A DNA stretch of 64,000 nucleotides from NCBI GenBank assembly GCA_965208545.1, contig OZ242341.1, forward strand, positions 543,380 through 607,379. Direction: 5' to 3'. Position 1 is the stretch's first letter. Every line of letters starts with the position of its first letter. Positions 61,345 to 64,000 of the stretch are shown piece after piece. Source of the stretch: Candidatus Poriferisocius sp. (GTDB lineage Bacteria > Actinomycetota > Acidimicrobiia > Acidimicrobiales > Bin134). The notes beneath the pieces were generated by a model. It did no database searches. It was given only the letters and a program-made list of their open reading frames with translations, and was not told the DNA's origin. The position numbers and the translations under genes are program-made.

Positions 61345-62615
61345 TGGCCGAGCCAGCCTTTGTCGATGACTACCTGGCCGACCTCGGCCCCGACGACGCA
61401 GACATCACAAACCACGACACGTATGTAGCCGGCGTCCCCCACGCCACGTTCTCCCGGCTGCGGGCCGAAGATCCGGTGCATTGGACTGAAGAGGCCGATG
61501 GCGCCGGTTTCTGGTCGATCCTGCGCTACGACGACTGCCTGGCGGTGAGCCGCGACGTCGAGACGTTCACGTCGTCACTGGGCATTCGCCTGGAGGAGAT
61601 GGACGCCGAGCAGACCGAGGCCCGGCGGACCATGATGGAGATGGACCCCCCCGAGCACACCCGGCTGCGGCGCCTGGTGAACAAGGGCTTCACCCGCCGG
61701 ACCGTCGAGACCTTCGAAGACTCCATCCGGGAGCTGGTGGGGGAGGTGCTCGACAGGGCGCTGGCCAACGACGAGTTCGACTTCGTCCACGACATTGCCG
61801 AGGAGCTCCCCATGAGGATGCTCGGCCGCCTTCTCGGCACCGACGATGAAGACGGCCGCAATCTGGTGGCCTGGGGCGATGCGCTGCTGGGCAATACCGA
61901 TCCCGACTTCACCGATTATCCCGTGGACCTCACCGACACCGAGCAGTTCCGGATGGTGCCGTTTCGCAGCCCCGCCGCCATCGAGATTTTCCAGTACGCC
62001 CAAGAGCAGGCCGCCGACCGGAGGGTCTGTCCCCGAGAGGACATCATCACCAAGCTGCTCGCTCCCACAATCGACGGCGACCCGCTCACCGACCTGGAGT
62101 TCAACAACTTCTTCACCCTGCTAGTGGCTGCCGGCAACGACACCACCCGCTACACCATGACCCACGGCATGTGGACTCTGCTGAACCACCCCGAACTATG
62201 GGAGGCATGGAAGTCTGACCCCGATCTGACCACCACCGCGGTGGAGGAGATCTTGCGCACCGGGTCGGTCACCATGCACTTCCGCCGCACGGCCACCCGC
62301 GATGTTGAGATGCGGGGCTCGCAGATCCGGGCGGGCGACAAGGTGGTCATCTGGTTCGTGGCCGCCGACCACGACCCCGAGGGCTTTGAGCGGCCGTTCC
62401 GCTTCGACCTGGGCCGACAGCACAACGATCACATGGCGTTCGGCCGCAACGGGCCCCACCTGTGCCTCGGCGCCTGGCTGGCCCGCATGGAGGTAAGGCT
62501 GGTGTTCGAGGAGTTGATGAAACGGGTGAGCTGCTTGGAGCAGTCCGGCCCGATCGATCGGCTGCGCTCCAACTTCATCTCGGGGATCAAGCGGCTTCCG
62601 GTCAAGGTGGCGTGA
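61344..62615 (+). CDS. cytochrome P450
   Basis: Heme loop FGRNGPHLCLGAWLA, plus EILR (ExxR). The ATG overlaps the upstream stop (TGATG). Confidence 0.85.
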   Translation: MAEPAFVDDYLADLGPDDADITNHDTYVAGVPHATFSRLRAEDPVHWTEEADGAGFWSILRYDDCLAVSRDVETFTSSLGIRLEEMDAEQTEARRTMMEMDPPEHTRLRRLVNKGFTRRTVETFEDSIRELVGEVLDRALANDEFDFVHDIAEELPMRMLGRLLGTDDEDGRNLVAWGDALLGNTDPDFTDYPVDLTDTEQFRMVPFRSPAAIEIFQYAQEQAADRRVCPREDIITKLLAPTIDGDPLTDLEFNNFFTLLVAAGNDTTRYTMTHGMWTLLNHPELWEAWKSDPDLTTTAVEEILRTGSVTMHFRRTATRDVEMRGSQIRAGDKVVIWFVAADHDPEGFERPFRFDLGRQHNDHMAFGRNGPHLCLGAWLARMEVRLVFEELMKRVSCLEQSGPIDRLRSNFISGIKRLPVKVA

Positions 62616-63475
62616 TGGGTGCCATAGTCGGGGCTGGTTTGATCTCCCACGTCCCTCCGCTGGTGATGCCCGAGGCGACCCGCCGAGAACTCAACGATGG
62701 CGAGGACACCACGCTGTTCAGCGGGCTCCACGATCTTGGCGAACAGAAGTTGCGCCCGCTGAGCGCCGACACCGTGGTGGTGGTGGACACCCACTGGTTT
62801 ACAACCGTGGAGCACATCGTGACCTCCCACGATCGACGCTGTGGGCTGTTCACCTCCGAAGAGCTGCCCCGGGGCATGTGCCAGATGCCCTATGACATGC
62901 CTGGCGACCGGGAGCTGGCCGAGGCGTGGGCCGCTCAGGCTGCCGACCGGGACGACACCTGGATTACAGCCATCGACGACCCCCATTTGCCGGTGCACTA
63001 TCCCACCATCAACCTGCTGCCGTTCTTGCAGGGCAATGAGGCTTGGGTTTCAGCCGGCATCTGCCAGACCGCTGAGCCGGATGACTTCTTGCTGTTCGGC
63101 GAGCTGTTGGCCCAGGCGGTGGCCGAAGTCGATCGCCGGGTGGTGGTGCTGGCCAGCGGCGGCCTGAGCCACCGGTTCTGGCCCCTGCGCCAATTCCGCG
63201 ACCACGAGGCTGCTGACCCCGCGCTCCACCTCCGCACCCCCGAGGCCAGAGCCGCTGACGAGCATGTCATCGACTGCCTCATCAAGGGCGATCATGCCAG
63301 CGTGCTCGACTTCCTGCCCGAGTTCTCCACCCATGCACCTGAGGGATTCTTCGGCCACTATCTGACCATGGTCGGCGCCCTGGGCGGAGCGGCCTGCACC
63401 GTTCCCGGCGAGCAGTTCGGGGAGTATGAATCGGTCGCCGGAACCGGCCAGATCCATCTATGGTTCAGCCCGTGA
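62615..63475 (+). CDS. class III extradiol ring-cleavage dioxygenase (LigB family)
   Basis: N-terminal GLISHVPPLV, DTHWF and SGGLSHRF motifs. The ATG overlaps the upstream stop. Confidence 0.75.
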   Translation: MGAIVGAGLISHVPPLVMPEATRRELNDGEDTTLFSGLHDLGEQKLRPLSADTVVVVDTHWFTTVEHIVTSHDRRCGLFTSEELPRGMCQMPYDMPGDRELAEAWAAQAADRDDTWITAIDDPHLPVHYPTINLLPFLQGNEAWVSAGICQTAEPDDFLLFGELLAQAVAEVDRRVVVLASGGLSHRFWPLRQFRDHEAADPALHLRTPEARAADEHVIDCLIKGDHASVLDFLPEFSTHAPEGFFGHYLTMVGALGGAACTVPGEQFGEYESVAGTGQIHLWFSP

Positions 63476-64000
63476 AGCGTGCCCTGGCCATCGCCCACGA
63501 GTTGGACGGCCTCCCTGGCCAGATTGCCACTCGCTTGCGCCAGCGGGACTACGAGGTCCACATCCACGTGGTGACCCACGACTACGACCACCCCAACGTC
63601 TCTGTGCCCTTCCCGTCCAGAGACGATTACGACCTGCTGTTGCCGATGGGTTCAGTACGCACGCTCACGAACAAGGACGAGATCGACTCCTGGATCTACG
63701 ACGAGCTTGAGATGATCAAACAAGCCCATGACGAAGGGCAACCCGTTTTGGGGATCTGCTTCGGCGGTCAGCTCATTTCCGAGGCGCTGGGCGGCGTGGT
63801 CGAAGTGTCCCCGGTGACTGAGATCGGCTGGTTCGAGCTTGACGACGGCGAACACGGCCCCAACCCGGTCGGGCCGGGACCGTGGATGCAGTGGCACCAC
63901 GACCGGTTCACAGCGCCCCCCGGCGCCGAGGTTCTGGCCCGCAACGACAGCTCGGTGCAGCTCGTCAGGATCGGCCGCACGGTAGGAACGCAGTTCCATC
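63472..64000 (+). CDS. class I glutamine amidotransferase-like protein, 5' part (runs off the window)
   Basis: This gene is not in the supplied ORF track because it has no stop inside the window. I translated it by hand from GTG 63472 (GTGA overlap): VKRALAIAHELDG...PVLGICFGGQLISEALGG...GTQFH. It contains the GATase1 nucleophile motif GICFGGQ and the QFH histidine region. Confidence 0.65.
   Translation, partial: MKRALAIAHELDGLPGQIATRLRQRDYEVHIHVVTHDYDHPNVSVPFPSRDDYDLLLPMGSVRTLTNKDEIDSWIYDELEMIKQAHDEGQPVLGICFGGQLISEALGGVVEVSPVTEIGWFELDDGEHGPNPVGPGPWMQWHHDRFTAPPGAEVLARNDSSVQLVRIGRTVGTQFH

Noticed and set aside
1-64000. Search for defence, toxin-antitoxin, secretion or phage-related systems, rRNA, CRISPR and mobile elements
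   Set aside because: No nuclease, ATPase, methylase, integrase, transposase, capsid or Cas-like motif was recognised in any supported ORF. The window reads as core or accessory metabolism.

Overview
This is a high-GC, gene-dense chromosomal segment that looks actinobacterial, possibly Acidimicrobiia. That guess is an inference from G/C-rich third codon positions, frequent GTG/TTG starts, ATGA/GTGA/TGATG gene overlaps and PE/PT-rich lipoprotein linkers. I can support about 58 protein genes and one tRNA-Gly(CCC). I saw no rRNA, CRISPR array, transposase, integrase or recognisable defence system. Content is mostly catabolic and transport: three cytochrome P450s, two small ferredoxins, acyl-CoA dehydrogenases, aldehyde dehydrogenases, CoA-transferase/thiolase genes and two Liv-type ABC importers with unusual domain fusions.

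Main findings:
1. Positions 1.7-10.2 kb hold a cluster of homologues of four plant chlorophyll-breakdown enzyme families. These are two RCCR-like proteins flanking a PaO/CAO-type Rieske oxygenase, a chlorophyllase-like alpha/beta hydrolase and a NOL/NYC1-like SDR. The cluster also carries four genes with six GxWxG calycin-like barrel modules and a His-rich unknown protein. This is a candidate, undescribed bacterial tetrapyrrole/chlorophyll catabolic system.
2. A 26-nt motif, GAAAC-N2-TGTTCC-N6-CGRAACA, occurs with identical spacing in four divergent promoter regions. Two of the four lie inside that cluster.
3. Four short direct duplications sit exactly on gene boundaries. Two of them create bridging mini-ORFs that keep stop/start coupling intact.
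4. A 13-kb co-directional array (Liv-type ABC importer, GntR, dehydrogenases, glutamine-synthetase-like enzyme, P450, aminotransferase, ferredoxin, aldehyde dehydrogenase) looks like a gamma-glutamylation/P450 amine catabolic pathway. GntR-type palindromic operators lie nearby.

All family assignments come from motif recognition by eye and memory. No searches were run.
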